Virus record (IMG/VR): IMGVR_UViG_3300035696_000005
Location: 32,001-96,000 of that record
Length of the DNA: 64,000 nt
Strand: one strand, 5' to 3'
Origin: a virus
The first letter of the stretch is position 1. Each line of letters starts with the position of its first letter. The position numbers were made by a program, and so were the translations under genes. Under the pieces are notes generated by a model, which saw only the letters and a list, made by a program, of their open reading frames with translations, did no database searches and had not been told where the DNA came from. Of the stretch, positions 1 to 9,881 are shown in pieces.

Positions 1-58
1 CACCTGACATTGCGTCTTCCTTTCTTAAAGTAGAGCAACCCTGCTCTACTACGTTAAG

Positions 59-220
59 CTACTCTGGATTCACGATTAAAACCAAAGTAGCACCAAGTAT
101 CACCGCAGCAACAATATCGAAGGGAATCCCCACGCTACCTGCTACGACGAGGATTGCAGCGCTTGCACCTAAAACTTTGTAAGCTTGCTTTCCTCTTTTG
201 GAGTGCTTTGAACCTGCCAT
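59..220 (-). CDS. Small membrane protein (53 aa)
   Basis: ATG at 220 after SD AAGGAGG (ORF track starts at TTG 241); basic N-terminus then long hydrophobic stretch. Confidence 0.65.
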   Translation of the reverse strand: MAGSKHSKRGKQAYKVLGASAAILVVAGSVGIPFDIVAAVILGATLVLIVNPE

Positions 221-242
221 AGTAAGCCCTCCTTCCGCCAAT

Positions 243-250
243 CTTATACC
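243..250 (-). promoter_or_regulatory. GGTATAAG -10-like box
   Basis: Same 8-mer lies upstream of - strand starts at 11090, 13634, 42984, 60856 and 63280. Confidence 0.5.
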
Positions 251-299
251 GAAGATTGAGAAGTTTGTTCCTAGAAAAAATGCTGCTATGATCTAATCT

Positions 300-1412
300 A
301 TGGCCATAGAGAAAAGTCCCTACGAGGGCACTTTCGATAACCTGAACGGTAGAGCAGCCTTAGGACGCGTAGTGAGTGTGGATGTCACAAATAGGAGATG
401 CCGAGTCAAAACCATCGGCTCTCAGGGTCCTAAGATGCCAGGAAAAAACCGTGCCACAGGAATGGGAACAGATGACCACGATGTTCCTGATGTTCAGTGG
501 ATCACGACCTCAGCGAGTGATGCCGGAGCAGAAGATACTTCTATCCCAGCCATTGGACAGATCGGCGTTCTTCTTTACATCAATTCAGAACCTTACTTGA
601 TTGGTTTCTTCCGCACCATGCAGCCAGCCCCACAAGACGTACCGGCGGGAACCGAAGAAGATGCCCTTGAAGCTCTGATCACCGAAGGGGATCGCATCCT
701 CACAACGATCGGTGGTAATAGTGTCATCCTTCGTTCGGGTGGATCTATTGAAATTAGAAGTACTGCTGTATGCCGTACGTTCTGGCTACCGACCAATCTC
801 ATGACATCCGTCTGCGGTGATTTCGAGCTCGATACTGACGGTGGTTACATCACCTGGGAGCGCACTCCACAAACAAACGACGAGATGCTTGAGTTCTTCA
901 TTCAAGACAATCTTGAGCCCGAGAATTGCATTGATCTTCAGTTAGGAACAACAGAGGCCGGAAACCTCGTTGATCTTAAGATTGGTGCAGTCGACATCGA
1001 TGATTTTACCTTCACCAACGTACAAGTTTCGCTCAGTATCGATCCCGACGGAAACGTCACTGTACAGGTAGGTAACGTATCCAGCGGGACACCGAATGCG
1101 TCTTTGACCATTGAGGCTGCAACAGGCAACACAACCTATAGCACCCAAGGTTCAATGACTATGAACGTGAAGCAAGATCTCACAGCAACCGTACAGGGTG
1201 ACGCGACTGTAACCGTCACTGGAGATATCAATGCTACGACCCAAGCTGATGCCAACGTGACGGCTTCTGGAACAGTGAACGTAAAAGGTGAGAAGATTCT
1301 GCTCAATGGAGAGCTCTCAGGAGTCACGACCGAAAATTCCCACTATGGGGTCGTCGATTTTATTACGGGTGTTCCAGTTGAACCAAGCATGACAACATTC
1401 TCGGACGTTTAA
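300..1412 (+). CDS. Baseplate central spike/hub protein (gpV/gp5-like)
   Basis: N-terminal OB-fold-like GRVVSVD..RCRV..DVQW..P.IGQ; C-terminal 8-residue beta-repeats (TATVQGDA/TVTVTGDI/NATTQADA); TGC-TATGAT box 7 nt before ATG. Confidence 0.75.
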   Translation: MAIEKSPYEGTFDNLNGRAALGRVVSVDVTNRRCRVKTIGSQGPKMPGKNRATGMGTDDHDVPDVQWITTSASDAGAEDTSIPAIGQIGVLLYINSEPYLIGFFRTMQPAPQDVPAGTEEDALEALITEGDRILTTIGGNSVILRSGGSIEIRSTAVCRTFWLPTNLMTSVCGDFELDTDGGYITWERTPQTNDEMLEFFIQDNLEPENCIDLQLGTTEAGNLVDLKIGAVDIDDFTFTNVQVSLSIDPDGNVTVQVGNVSSGTPNASLTIEAATGNTTYSTQGSMTMNVKQDLTATVQGDATVTVTGDINATTQADANVTASGTVNVKGEKILLNGELSGVTTENSHYGVVDFITGVPVEPSMTTFSDV

Positions 1413-2143
1413 TGCCTCCCGTTGGACTTGTATTAGGCGGAATGATTCAGACTGAAGTGGATGGGCTGATGGCTGCCATCCAGGGGACTAGTAAAATAAA
1501 GTTTCAAGGAGTACACCCACTTCTCCAAAAGAATCCTGCCTACTACATTCAGTTCTGCAATGCGATCGGACAAGGACTCATTAACGGAGGTCCTGTGATC
1601 GAATTCACAACCAACGATACCGGGCTTTCTGCCTCACCTCTTATCCCGGGAACAGGACTTGGAATTGGAATTTTTATCGATAAAGACTTCTTTCGAGAGA
1701 ATGCCTATACCAATGCCAGAAACGCAATCATCGAAAGATTCCAAAGAACCTACAACGATCCTTATCCGCCAGGACCCGACAACACAGGGCAATTCCTAGA
1801 TGCTATTTGTAACGGAGTAGCGACATCGGTTCATGATTACTACACTACAGCATGGACTCTTAACTCAGTTCATCCCCAAATCTATCAAGGGACAGGTCTA
1901 ATCACAGACGGACAATTTTCTGGAATTAGCTCGGGGGCTATCGCAAGTTCGATTCAGTCCTACCTTTCAGGCTTTCAAGGAGAATTCTATCCCGAACTCA
2001 TCCAAGCTATCGCGGATGCTTATGTTTTAACCATTACCACTATGGCCACAGGAACGGTTACAATAACAGGAACTTGTGTGCCCTCTATCAGCCAAGTCTG
2101 CGCTATCCCGTCGACTGGACACGGTACTGGCGTTGCATCTTGA
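1412..2143 (+). CDS. Probable virion (baseplate-associated) protein
   Basis: TAATG-coupled to spike gene; Gly/Thr-rich; no recognisable family. Confidence 0.6.
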   Translation: MPPVGLVLGGMIQTEVDGLMAAIQGTSKIKFQGVHPLLQKNPAYYIQFCNAIGQGLINGGPVIEFTTNDTGLSASPLIPGTGLGIGIFIDKDFFRENAYTNARNAIIERFQRTYNDPYPPGPDNTGQFLDAICNGVATSVHDYYTTAWTLNSVHPQIYQGTGLITDGQFSGISSGAIASSIQSYLSGFQGEFYPELIQAIADAYVLTITTMATGTVTITGTCVPSISQVCAIPSTGHGTGVAS

Positions 2144-2147
2144 TTGA

Positions 2148-2176
2148 TTCACAAGCCTTTAATTACGTTGTATTAT
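2148..2176 (+). promoter_or_regulatory. Sigma70-type promoter
   Basis: TTCACA-N17-TATTAT, followed by SD AAGGAG and ATG 2208. Confidence 0.55.
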
Positions 2177-2207
2177 GTAAAGGTTATTACCCCAAGGAGA
2201 ACTTGAC

Positions 2208-4796
2208 ATGGCGGGTCTAGAAAATCTATTTGCGGCAGAACCCACACTCCCAAACGTCCAGACGACCAAACTACCGGACGACCCTCAGCAGTGGGCAGAA
2301 GTCATTACGACTAGGCTTCGTGAGCAGTATCCAGAAGTTACTCGCCTCCCTCTTGTGGTTGAGTATCGGAAAAAGGACCCGCAAAGTGGTACCGCGATTG
2401 GTGCTATCCAGGTTTCCAGTGAAACTGGAAAGACTCTTTTCGTTCCGTTCATCATTAAAAAGTTCGAGCTCTACCCGCTTGATATTTGGATGGAGGCTCA
2501 GACTCAAAATGTTCACCCGCTAACGAACGATACGTTCAAAGAGCAGTTCTTTACTCGCGCTATTGCGGACGCTCTTGACCAGCGCCCTTTCGATGCCGCA
2601 GGTCAGTACTTCAACGACCCCTCTCTTTGGACCTCGAACTATCCTCCGCTCCAAGGTCGTTACTCTTACGCGTCCGGTGGTTATCAGATCCTGGATCAAA
2701 TCGAAGATACGATGACCCGCGAGCACTGGGACATCTTCAAGAAGTCCCTTGAGAAGCATGCTTACGCCTTGATGAACTACAAGAAGGGAACTAAAGGACA
2801 GTACGAGCTCATCTCAAAGCTTGCTCAGAAGAAAATCCCCGCTAAAAATAACACCAACGACTTTGCAACAAGCGCCGCAAAGCTGATCCCAGTGGGTGCT
2901 GCCAGCATCAAGCGCGAAGGCTACGATAAATACTCCGTCATCTCGATGGCAGATCAGCTCTTTGATCTCTCGGGTAGTGAGTATATGAACCGCGAAGACT
3001 GCGCACGCTTTCTTTCAAAGATCTACCCAAAGCCCTGGGAATTCCTGCATGAAGTAGACCAGGAAGGCGAGAAGCTGGTTGTTGTGAAGCCAGCACCTGA
3101 AAAAGGTGTGTTTCTTTACGACGACATGAGAGACAGACCTGAAGCGGCTAACGAGTTTGCTGTCTACGACGTGAAGAACCAAATGGGAATGCACATGCTG
3201 GGCGTTGTATTCCCTTATGTCGTTGGTTTCGACGGCAAAAAGAAAAATCAGAAGCTCTTTATCAGCTCTGAGAACTCAACGATGCAAGGAAATATCGCTG
3301 GTATTAAGCGTGAAAACAGCGACTATTTCCTAAAGCTCTTTCGCCACCCAAAAGCCTGCCGTGTGGGTCAGACCGGAACGTTTATCTTTATCGATGACGG
3401 TAAGGCAATCGCAACGGTTCCTGTGACCATTAAAGCCATCGAGGGGCATGGTCCAATTACAGCCATCACAATGGATGGCCAGAAGATCAAAATCAAACGC
3501 AGTTGGGGCGATGACAACGTCATGGAGCCTGCTTCTCCTGCGATGAAAAAGAAGCCAAACTTCCTTGATGCCCACGGCATGGTTGAAGTTCGCCCGAAGG
3601 AATACGTCATCCCTCGTCGCATGACCTGGTTTCCAATGGAGGGCTTCAGAGACGTGAGTTCCACTGCCGAAGAGTGGATGAATAAAGAAGCTGCGCTCCA
3701 CATGGAAATGGACCCAATGGTCGTTCGTTGGACCGGGATTGTTTATGATATCTCTGGCTCCGGAATGGATAAGGTTTCTCTTGATGAGCGCCAAACGAAG
3801 CTACTTCTTGCTACTCGTGGAGCAACCATTGAGAAAGTAGCCCAGATCATTAAGAAAGCCCGTGCTGCAGGTCGTGTGAAAGTTCACAATCTTCAGCCTC
3901 TTCGCAAAAAGGCTGACATTATCAAATATGCGGCAGACACCTACCAGTCGCTTGAGAAGATCTGTGCTGAACTTCGTTGCGATTTTGTCAAAGAGGCCGC
4001 AGAGATTGATGATGCAATGACGGTTGATGCTCTTTTGTCGCTTGGATTCATTAACCCTGAGAACCTCTCTAAGTTCGTTTCCTTCAAACCTGTATTTGAA
4101 AAGGTGATGGATTACCTGGCTGAGCTCACGCTTGCTTGCCGTTTGGGACTTAAGGATCTCAATGAGTCTGCTCTTGTTACTGTCTTGGGTCGCCTTGGCG
4201 AAGTCATTGAGGGACTAAAGAAAGTCGAGAACGGTCTTAAGAAGCCTGGGATTAAGACGGCTTCCGCTTCTTGCCCTGCTTGTAAAAAGAAGGGCTGCGA
4301 GTGCGGTGGTAAGTGCGATTGCTGCAAGGAGTTCGTCAAAGAGCACGAGAAGAAGTTCCATAAAGAGTCTGCCGTTAAGTCCCCGCATCTCTGGCCCAAA
4401 AGTCTGCGCCCTGCAAAGGGAAGTAAACTTCTCGATAAAGGCCACAAAGCCCTTACCGGAGCCGGTGCTGCCGCAGGTCTTTATACAGCGCTCAAGCCGC
4501 GCCACCACAAAGAAGCCGCCGCAAAGGATAAGACGCACGTGCCACCGGCGGGCATGAGCACCAGACCTACTCAAGAAGGCAATCCTTTCGCTGACGGTAT
4601 GGTAGACGGAGAGATGGAAGGGCATATGTATCTGGAGCGATGGAGAAATGATCCAAAGGCGATGCTGGCTTATCTTAACGGAAAAAGAACTGCCGAAATG
4701 AATAAAGCAACTACGGCGATGGGGGCGGGCTTTCAACCGCCCAACGGGCTGAAGCCGCAAAAACCTCAAGCTCCTGCTAAACCGGCTAAAAAATAA
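2208..4796 (+). CDS. Large virion/internal head protein, function unknown (862 aa)
   Basis: Long ORF with strong SD; C-terminal K-x-A/S sites (FVKEAA, IKTASA, HKESA, HKEAA), Cys cluster and Gly/Ala hydrophobic segment. Confidence 0.7.
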   Translation: MAGLENLFAAEPTLPNVQTTKLPDDPQQWAEVITTRLREQYPEVTRLPLVVEYRKKDPQSGTAIGAIQVSSETGKTLFVPFIIKKFELYPLDIWMEAQTQNVHPLTNDTFKEQFFTRAIADALDQRPFDAAGQYFNDPSLWTSNYPPLQGRYSYASGGYQILDQIEDTMTREHWDIFKKSLEKHAYALMNYKKGTKGQYELISKLAQKKIPAKNNTNDFATSAAKLIPVGAASIKREGYDKYSVISMADQLFDLSGSEYMNREDCARFLSKIYPKPWEFLHEVDQEGEKLVVVKPAPEKGVFLYDDMRDRPEAANEFAVYDVKNQMGMHMLGVVFPYVVGFDGKKKNQKLFISSENSTMQGNIAGIKRENSDYFLKLFRHPKACRVGQTGTFIFIDDGKAIATVPVTIKAIEGHGPITAITMDGQKIKIKRSWGDDNVMEPASPAMKKKPNFLDAHGMVEVRPKEYVIPRRMTWFPMEGFRDVSSTAEEWMNKEAALHMEMDPMVVRWTGIVYDISGSGMDKVSLDERQTKLLLATRGATIEKVAQIIKKARAAGRVKVHNLQPLRKKADIIKYAADTYQSLEKICAELRCDFVKEAAEIDDAMTVDALLSLGFINPENLSKFVSFKPVFEKVMDYLAELTLACRLGLKDLNESALVTVLGRLGEVIEGLKKVENGLKKPGIKTASASCPACKKKGCECGGKCDCCKEFVKEHEKKFHKESAVKSPHLWPKSLRPAKGSKLLDKGHKALTGAGAAAGLYTALKPRHHKEAAAKDKTHVPPAGMSTRPTQEGNPFADGMVDGEMEGHMYLERWRNDPKAMLAYLNGKRTAEMNKATTAMGAGFQPPNGLKPQKPQAPAKPAKK

Positions 4797-4798
4797 AT

Positions 4799-5212
4799 AT
4801 GGGACGATATAGTCCGACTCAAAAAGAAGCGAAAAAGCGCTACTACATTAAATTTAAAGATGACCCCGTTTTTAAGGAAAAAAGAAAACGGCTTTGCTAT
4901 GCACATAGCAAAACGCCAAAAGGGCGTTTAGCTAGAGCGCGAAGAGCGGCTATCAGAAGAGGATTCACGTGGGAGATATCTCTGGAAGTCTATGCGAAAC
5001 TGCTTGAAGGCTCCTGTCACTATTGTGGTGGCAAATTAAATCAAGCCGGGGGCGGGTTAGACAGGAAAGACTCCGCTATTGGGTATACAATAGAAAATGT
5101 TGTCCCGTGCTGTGGAAACTGCAACAAACTGAAAAATAATTTTCTTACAGAAGATGAAGCGGTTCAACTAATAGGACTTCTGAAGATTATACGCGGTGGG
5201 AGGGTTTGGTAA
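4799..5212 (+). CDS. HNH-type endonuclease
   Basis: CHYC..GLDRKDSAIGYTIENVVPCCGNCNKLK; AT-rich relative to flanks. Confidence 0.8.
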   Translation: MGRYSPTQKEAKKRYYIKFKDDPVFKEKRKRLCYAHSKTPKGRLARARRAAIRRGFTWEISLEVYAKLLEGSCHYCGGKLNQAGGGLDRKDSAIGYTIENVVPCCGNCNKLKNNFLTEDEAVQLIGLLKIIRGGRVW

Positions 5213-5442
5213 TGTTTGCAGCAGGTTTTACTAAAAAAGCTGGCGTTGTCTCTTCCCTAAAGCGCGCCGTCGGACTCAAGCCCAGCGCTCACTCTCATAT
5301 GTCGCGTCTTGCGGATAAGGCACTGGAGAAGATGAATCTCCCTACCAGCCTTGTGGGAAGCACTCAGGGAAAAGCGCGTACCGCTCGTGGCGTTCACCAG
5401 CTAGAACGCCTCCAACACTTCTATAAGAGCAAAATGGCTTAA
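5212..5442 (+). CDS. Small basic protein with F-x-x-G-F-x-K-x-A leader
   Basis: MFAAGFTKKAG; ATG overlaps the HNH stop (TAATG). Confidence 0.7.
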   Translation: MFAAGFTKKAGVVSSLKRAVGLKPSAHSHMSRLADKALEKMNLPTSLVGSTQGKARTARGVHQLERLQHFYKSKMA

Positions 5443-5478
5443 GTTGACTTATTCTAAAGGTCAATCAATACTCAAGGG

Positions 5479-6405
5479 ATGAACCTGCCTTTTGCTAAGG
5501 GCTTAATCTGGCTCTATTTAGAGCAGCAAACCGACGAATTCATTGAACAGCAGTTTGATGAGATTACTCTTCCTTTGCCCGATCCTGACATCCTAGCGGA
5601 ACATAAGGAAGCAGCAGCCGCTCTTCCTTTGTCTCCTGCGATCTTAAAGCGTTTAGGTCATAAGAAATTCGAACAAACGGACTATCAAATCTTTCAAAAA
5701 ATAGGCTATGGAGAAGCTTATCTAAAGACAACTTGTTCATGTGATAAAGAAACAGGTCTTCAAGATCTTTGGAATGAGGTTCACCGCCTGCTTCGCAATC
5801 CAGTGGCGCGCACTGCTGTGGATGTGGGAATTCTTTGCAAGTACAGGTTTGAGGATCTTGTTCCGATGGTTTCAGGGACATTCCACGAAGTTCTCACGGA
5901 AAAGGGTTTAGAGCTATATCAAAAATATTTTTTTGATGCCGCTTCGATGACTAAACTTGACTGGAGAGCTTATCTCCGTATTTGTGCGGGGATTCCATAC
6001 CTTTATCTACGCATCCACACAGCCCTCACAAAGCCCAAGAAAGAAGCGATGCACTTAGCGGGGCTTCCGGCTAAGGCGGCCTTCGCCGACTTCTTAAAAA
6101 CCGTTCTGGCGACTGCTGAGTATAAGTTTGAATACTACTCACGCCACAATAACCAATGCTCGGACAATCAGGCAAGAGCCTGGGCTAAGATTGGTTTTGA
6201 CGCTGGTGTTAAATACGAGAAGTTCTCCGCAAGCGATGTAACAGACTTCTCCAAAGCTGTTCAAACTGAGTTCGAAAGCTTCAATGCCGAGATCCCTACG
6301 ATCTCCACAGACATGCTCAGTGAGGTGAAGCCTCCTGAGACTGAGGTGGAGAGTAAATCCAAAGCGCCTCCGGTTCCAGTGCTGGCTCCAGACACGGAAG
6401 TTTGA
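5479..6405 (+). CDS. Hypothetical protein upstream of terminase (small-terminase candidate by position only)
   Basis: 308-aa ORF; TTGACT-N17-AATACT upstream; no diagnostic motif. Confidence 0.6.
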   Translation: MNLPFAKGLIWLYLEQQTDEFIEQQFDEITLPLPDPDILAEHKEAAAALPLSPAILKRLGHKKFEQTDYQIFQKIGYGEAYLKTTCSCDKETGLQDLWNEVHRLLRNPVARTAVDVGILCKYRFEDLVPMVSGTFHEVLTEKGLELYQKYFFDAASMTKLDWRAYLRICAGIPYLYLRIHTALTKPKKEAMHLAGLPAKAAFADFLKTVLATAEYKFEYYSRHNNQCSDNQARAWAKIGFDAGVKYEKFSASDVTDFSKAVQTEFESFNAEIPTISTDMLSEVKPPETEVESKSKAPPVPVLAPDTEV

Positions 6406-6824
6406 TTAGCCCGAGACTTGATTAAATTGGTCGCACAATTTATGTGTGGCGAGTGTGCGCAATGTGCAAGTCCGACTATCCTCGTCCACATAAAAACAGG
6501 CAGTGTGTGCACACATGTGCAACTTTCAACTTTGCGTCACACACACTCTTGACGCTCCTAGGTATGCGTCAGCTCAAATAAAAACAAGGATGCAAAGCGC
6601 AATGTGTTGAATGTGCACTCCTAAGCAATAAGCGACTCCATACAAACTATTTCTATTATACACACTGCATTACCTATGATTTTCTTTTCCTGTAAGGACC
6701 TTTGCGTATTAGCCCGCACATTCCCACGTTTCCACAGTCGCAGCGCATTACGAAAATCGTTTGAGTAAAGCGCTCTTCCAATTTTTAGTTATACAAAGTT
6801 GGCTCGGTGTATAACTGTAAGTAT
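6406..6824. repeat. Non-coding region with iterated ATGTGC/GCACA motifs and inverted repeats
   Basis: GCGCAATGTG at 6457 and 6597; ATGTGCA at 6462, 6515, 6611; palindrome TGTGTGCACACA 6504-6515; IRs at 6550-6571 and 6787-6816. Confidence 0.6.
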
Positions 6825-8564
6825 ATGACCGATGAGATCGATGAAGAGCTAGCCTACCTCCACAGCATCGGCTCTGACATCACCCAGATCAACAAGGATC
6901 TCTCTGATAGCGCAAGGCTCAGGAAGCTTGTGAATAGCGCAGCCGTCGCTAAGATTCAAACTCTTTGGGGAAAGAACGGGGAATCCAAGCAACTGATCCG
7001 TGCTTCAAAGAGTGCGTGGATTCACCAGATGATTCACCTGGATGGAAAGAAGTTTGACTTTACTGGGCGTAATTATCTGATTCAGATCTACAACATGACT
7101 CACCCCCATAAGCTTCTAATGACGGGTCGTCAGGTTGAGAAATCCACCATGCTTGCTAACGAGTTCATTATCAACTCAGTGGTGATCCCTTACTTTAAAA
7201 GTCTTTATGTCTCTCCCTCTCACGATCAGACGCGCCAGTTCAGTAACGGTAAGCTCAAGCCCTGGATTGAAGCGAGTCCCATTATCAGTAAGTACTTTCA
7301 AAACTCTGTGGTCTCAAAGCAGGTCTTTGAAAAAGGTTTTGCTAACGGCTCTATGGGTTTCCTCAGGTCCGCCTTTTTAAACGCCGACCGTTGTCGTGGT
7401 ATCTCAGCTGACCAGGTCTTTGTCGACGAGCTTCAAAACGTCATCATCTCAAACCTACCTGTTATTCTTGAAGCTTTGTCTCACTCAAGTTACGGATGGA
7501 AGATCTTTGCAGGCACACCTCTTACACTTGAGAATACGATTCAACAATACTGGGAACTAGGTTCTCAATGTGAGTGGCTAGTTCCTTGCGAGCACCACAC
7601 TCCGAGATTCTGGAACTTCCTAGATGAGAAGTGCATTGGTAAGACTGGTCCCATCTGTGGCAAGTGCGGAAAACCAATCAATCCAGCTAATGGTAGGTGG
7701 ATCGCTTTCAGTAGTAACCGTGACATCATGGGTTTTAGAATCGCTCAGATCATGGTTCCTTGGATCTATCAGCACGCGCATAAGTGGAAAGAGTTTTTAT
7801 GGAAGTTTGAGAACTACAGCCAAGGACAGTTCAAAAACGAGTGTCTCGGCATTAGCTACGACTCCGCTAGTAAGCCCATTACCCGTTCTGAACTCATAGC
7901 CTGCTGCTCTTCCAAGCACGAGTATTATTACAACCCAACCCCGTGGACTCATAAGGTCGAGATCTTTGCAGGTATCGATTGGGGTGAGGGTTCAGACGGC
8001 ACTGAGCGTGGCGTAAAGGGAAAGATCAAAAACGCTTCCTACACCGTGCTTACGCTTGGAATGTATATCGATCAGAAGCACTTTTATATTTTCCACTACA
8101 GACGCTTCACAGGTAAGGAAGCTCTTCCTGGAAACTGTGTGAACGAGATTATCAAGATCCTAAAGGCATTTCGCGTTCGTTGTATCGGGGTAGACTGGGG
8201 ACATGGTTGGGGTGTGAACGAGCGCCTGGAGGAAGCCTTTGGTATTGAGCGTGTCATTAAGTTTCAACACGTAGGTAACCAGCGTCAGCGTAAAAAATAC
8301 GATGAGATCGGTCACAAGTTTCAGCTGGCTCGTAACGAAGTCATGACCGACTTCTTTATGGACATCAAAGATCATAAGATCATCTGGCCTGATTGGGAGC
8401 TTGTAAAAGATTACCTCTGCGACTTTGAGCACATCTACGCTGAATTCAACGAGGCAACCCGGCAAATGCGATATGATCATAAGGCATCTGAGCCAGATGA
8501 TGCGTGTCATGCAACAATTTATTTAAAGGAATGCGCTGATAATTATTACGGTAAAATACGATAG
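6825..8564 (+). CDS. terL: Terminase large subunit (GpA-like with Zn-binding insert)
   Basis: Walker A GRQVEKST, Walker B VFVDE, coupling motif AGTP, C-x-H..CGKCGKP insert, nuclease AGIDWG and PDDACHA; ATG 6825 preferred over GTG 6807. Confidence 0.9.
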   Translation: MTDEIDEELAYLHSIGSDITQINKDLSDSARLRKLVNSAAVAKIQTLWGKNGESKQLIRASKSAWIHQMIHLDGKKFDFTGRNYLIQIYNMTHPHKLLMTGRQVEKSTMLANEFIINSVVIPYFKSLYVSPSHDQTRQFSNGKLKPWIEASPIISKYFQNSVVSKQVFEKGFANGSMGFLRSAFLNADRCRGISADQVFVDELQNVIISNLPVILEALSHSSYGWKIFAGTPLTLENTIQQYWELGSQCEWLVPCEHHTPRFWNFLDEKCIGKTGPICGKCGKPINPANGRWIAFSSNRDIMGFRIAQIMVPWIYQHAHKWKEFLWKFENYSQGQFKNECLGISYDSASKPITRSELIACCSSKHEYYYNPTPWTHKVEIFAGIDWGEGSDGTERGVKGKIKNASYTVLTLGMYIDQKHFYIFHYRRFTGKEALPGNCVNEIIKILKAFRVRCIGVDWGHGWGVNERLEEAFGIERVIKFQHVGNQRQRKKYDEIGHKFQLARNEVMTDFFMDIKDHKIIWPDWELVKDYLCDFEHIYAEFNEATRQMRYDHKASEPDDACHATIYLKECADNYYGKIR

Positions 8565-9124
8565 TTTTTAGCAAGTCGTTTGTCTATGTTTTGTTGTCGT
8601 CTTCTACTGATATATTTGGGAACGTTGCCGTTATTTTTTCTGGCGAATGTGTTTGTCTGGGTATGACAGTTCGGGCATAACCATCTTAAGTTGCGTACTC
8701 TATTATCGTTACAGACTCCGTTTATGTGATCTAGTTGGAGTGTCAGGGAATGGTTATTCCAGATTGGTTCTTGTCCGCATCGCTTGCACACATAGTCCAC
8801 AAGTTCTAACTTTTTGAATCGACTTACTAGAGTATTTTGGCACACTCTTGATTTTTCACAGAACACGACTTCTTTTGGAAACATTATTCTCGAAGCGTTC
8901 TTTTGAGCAGTTCTTTTGTATAAGCCCTCTGCAGTTAGAAAATGATTCGTTTTTAAATTCGCAGCCGCTATCATTTTAGCAACTACTTTAGCATTGTACC
9001 CACTGTACGAGCATGCCAGTTCGCGCATTACGTCATATACACATTGGGCTTTTTCCACCGCACTTTTTAGCTCAGCGGAAGTCACTGTACGTAATAGTTT
9101 ATGTCTTTTTGTCTTTAGTCTCAT
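8546..9124 (-). CDS. HNH homing endonuclease
   Basis: CKRCG..LQLDHINGVCNDNRVRNLRWLCPNCH; AT-rich; convergent with terL. Confidence 0.9.
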   Translation of the reverse strand: MRLKTKRHKLLRTVTSAELKSAVEKAQCVYDVMRELACSYSGYNAKVVAKMIAAANLKTNHFLTAEGLYKRTAQKNASRIMFPKEVVFCEKSRVCQNTLVSRFKKLELVDYVCKRCGQEPIWNNHSLTLQLDHINGVCNDNRVRNLRWLCPNCHTQTNTFARKNNGNVPKYISRRRQQNIDKRLAKNYRILP

Positions 9125-9175
9125 ATAGGCATAATATTACACAGATAATTTCGTGTCAAACAAAAGTTCGATAGC

Positions 9176-9201
9176 TAAAAAAGTGGGGCGTAGCGCCCCA
9201 C
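9176..9201 (-). terminator. Intrinsic terminator
   Basis: GTGGGGCG/CGCCCCAC stem followed by T-tract on - strand. Confidence 0.75.
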
Positions 9202-9203
9202 CT

Positions 9204-9551
9204 TCATTCCCACCCCACCACTTCCTTCTCCTCAGGAGTTAGAGTGATGTAGCGTTCTTTTTTGTAAGCTTCCTTCTCGTACGGAATCTCTCGATAAGCC
9301 TTATCGAAATCTTTGTAGCGAAGGTAGTTCTTTACATAATAATATGTGTAAAGAACAGTACTTTTGATAAGCCCATCTCGCTTCAGTTGCCTGATGTGGA
9401 TAAGCTCGTGCCTAACAGTAGTCTTTGGCACCTTGTCTTTATCTTCTTTAAACACTATGAATGGATAGAACACGAAGGCTTCGCACCGGAGAACTTCCGG
9501 AAGCCATCGCGCATCAAGCCACTTCTGACCGTAAATAACGATGAGCTTCAT
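9204..9551 (-). CDS. Small zincin-like metallopeptidase
   Basis: HELIHIRQ (HExxH) and downstream YEKEAY. Confidence 0.65.
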   Translation of the reverse strand: MKLIVIYGQKWLDARWLPEVLRCEAFVFYPFIVFKEDKDKVPKTTVRHELIHIRQLKRDGLIKSTVLYTYYYVKNYLRYKDFDKAYREIPYEKEAYKKERYITLTPEEKEVVGWE

Positions 9552-9568
9552 AAGCCCTCCTTGTGGTT

Positions 9569-9600
9569 AAAAAAAGACGGGTGGCCCAATGCCACCCGCC
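9569..9600 (-). terminator. Intrinsic terminator
   Basis: GGCGGGTGGC/GCCACCCGTC stem then T7. Confidence 0.8.
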
Positions 9601-9605
9601 AAGCA

Positions 9606-9881
9606 TTATGCCGTAACCATCTGGAGCTCCATTGCATTCTTTTTCGGAATGCTTACCGCTCGATGGTAACGGTCGTAAGGTACTCTGAACCTAACGGTCT
9701 TGGCACCTTTTGTAAGTAAGCACAGCCTTGAAAGACCATCCTTACCCCAGACTGCATGACAGGTATTACAAACATACTTGTCGTCTTTCTTACTGGCTAC
9801 GTCCGAAAAGAATTGCGGCTCTCCGCAACCCCAGCAATCTAGCGTAGTGATATCTTCTTTCTGTACTTCCATTCTCAACAT
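9606..9881 (-). CDS. Small Zn-ribbon protein
   Basis: CWGC..CNTC; ATG 9881 after GGAGGGGG. Confidence 0.65.
   Translation of the reverse strand: MLRMEVQKEDITTLDCWGCGEPQFFSDVASKKDDKYVCNTCHAVWGKDGLSRLCLLTKGAKTVRFRVPYDRYHRAVSIPKKNAMELQMVTA

Noticed and set aside
5479-6405. Small terminase assignment
   Set aside because: Only position supports it; no HTH or oligomerisation pattern recognised, so left as hypothetical.
6406-6824. CRISPR array
   Set aside because: Repeats are 7-12 nt and irregularly spaced; no repeat-spacer periodicity here or elsewhere, and no cas operon (the Cas4-like gene is a stand-alone exonuclease).
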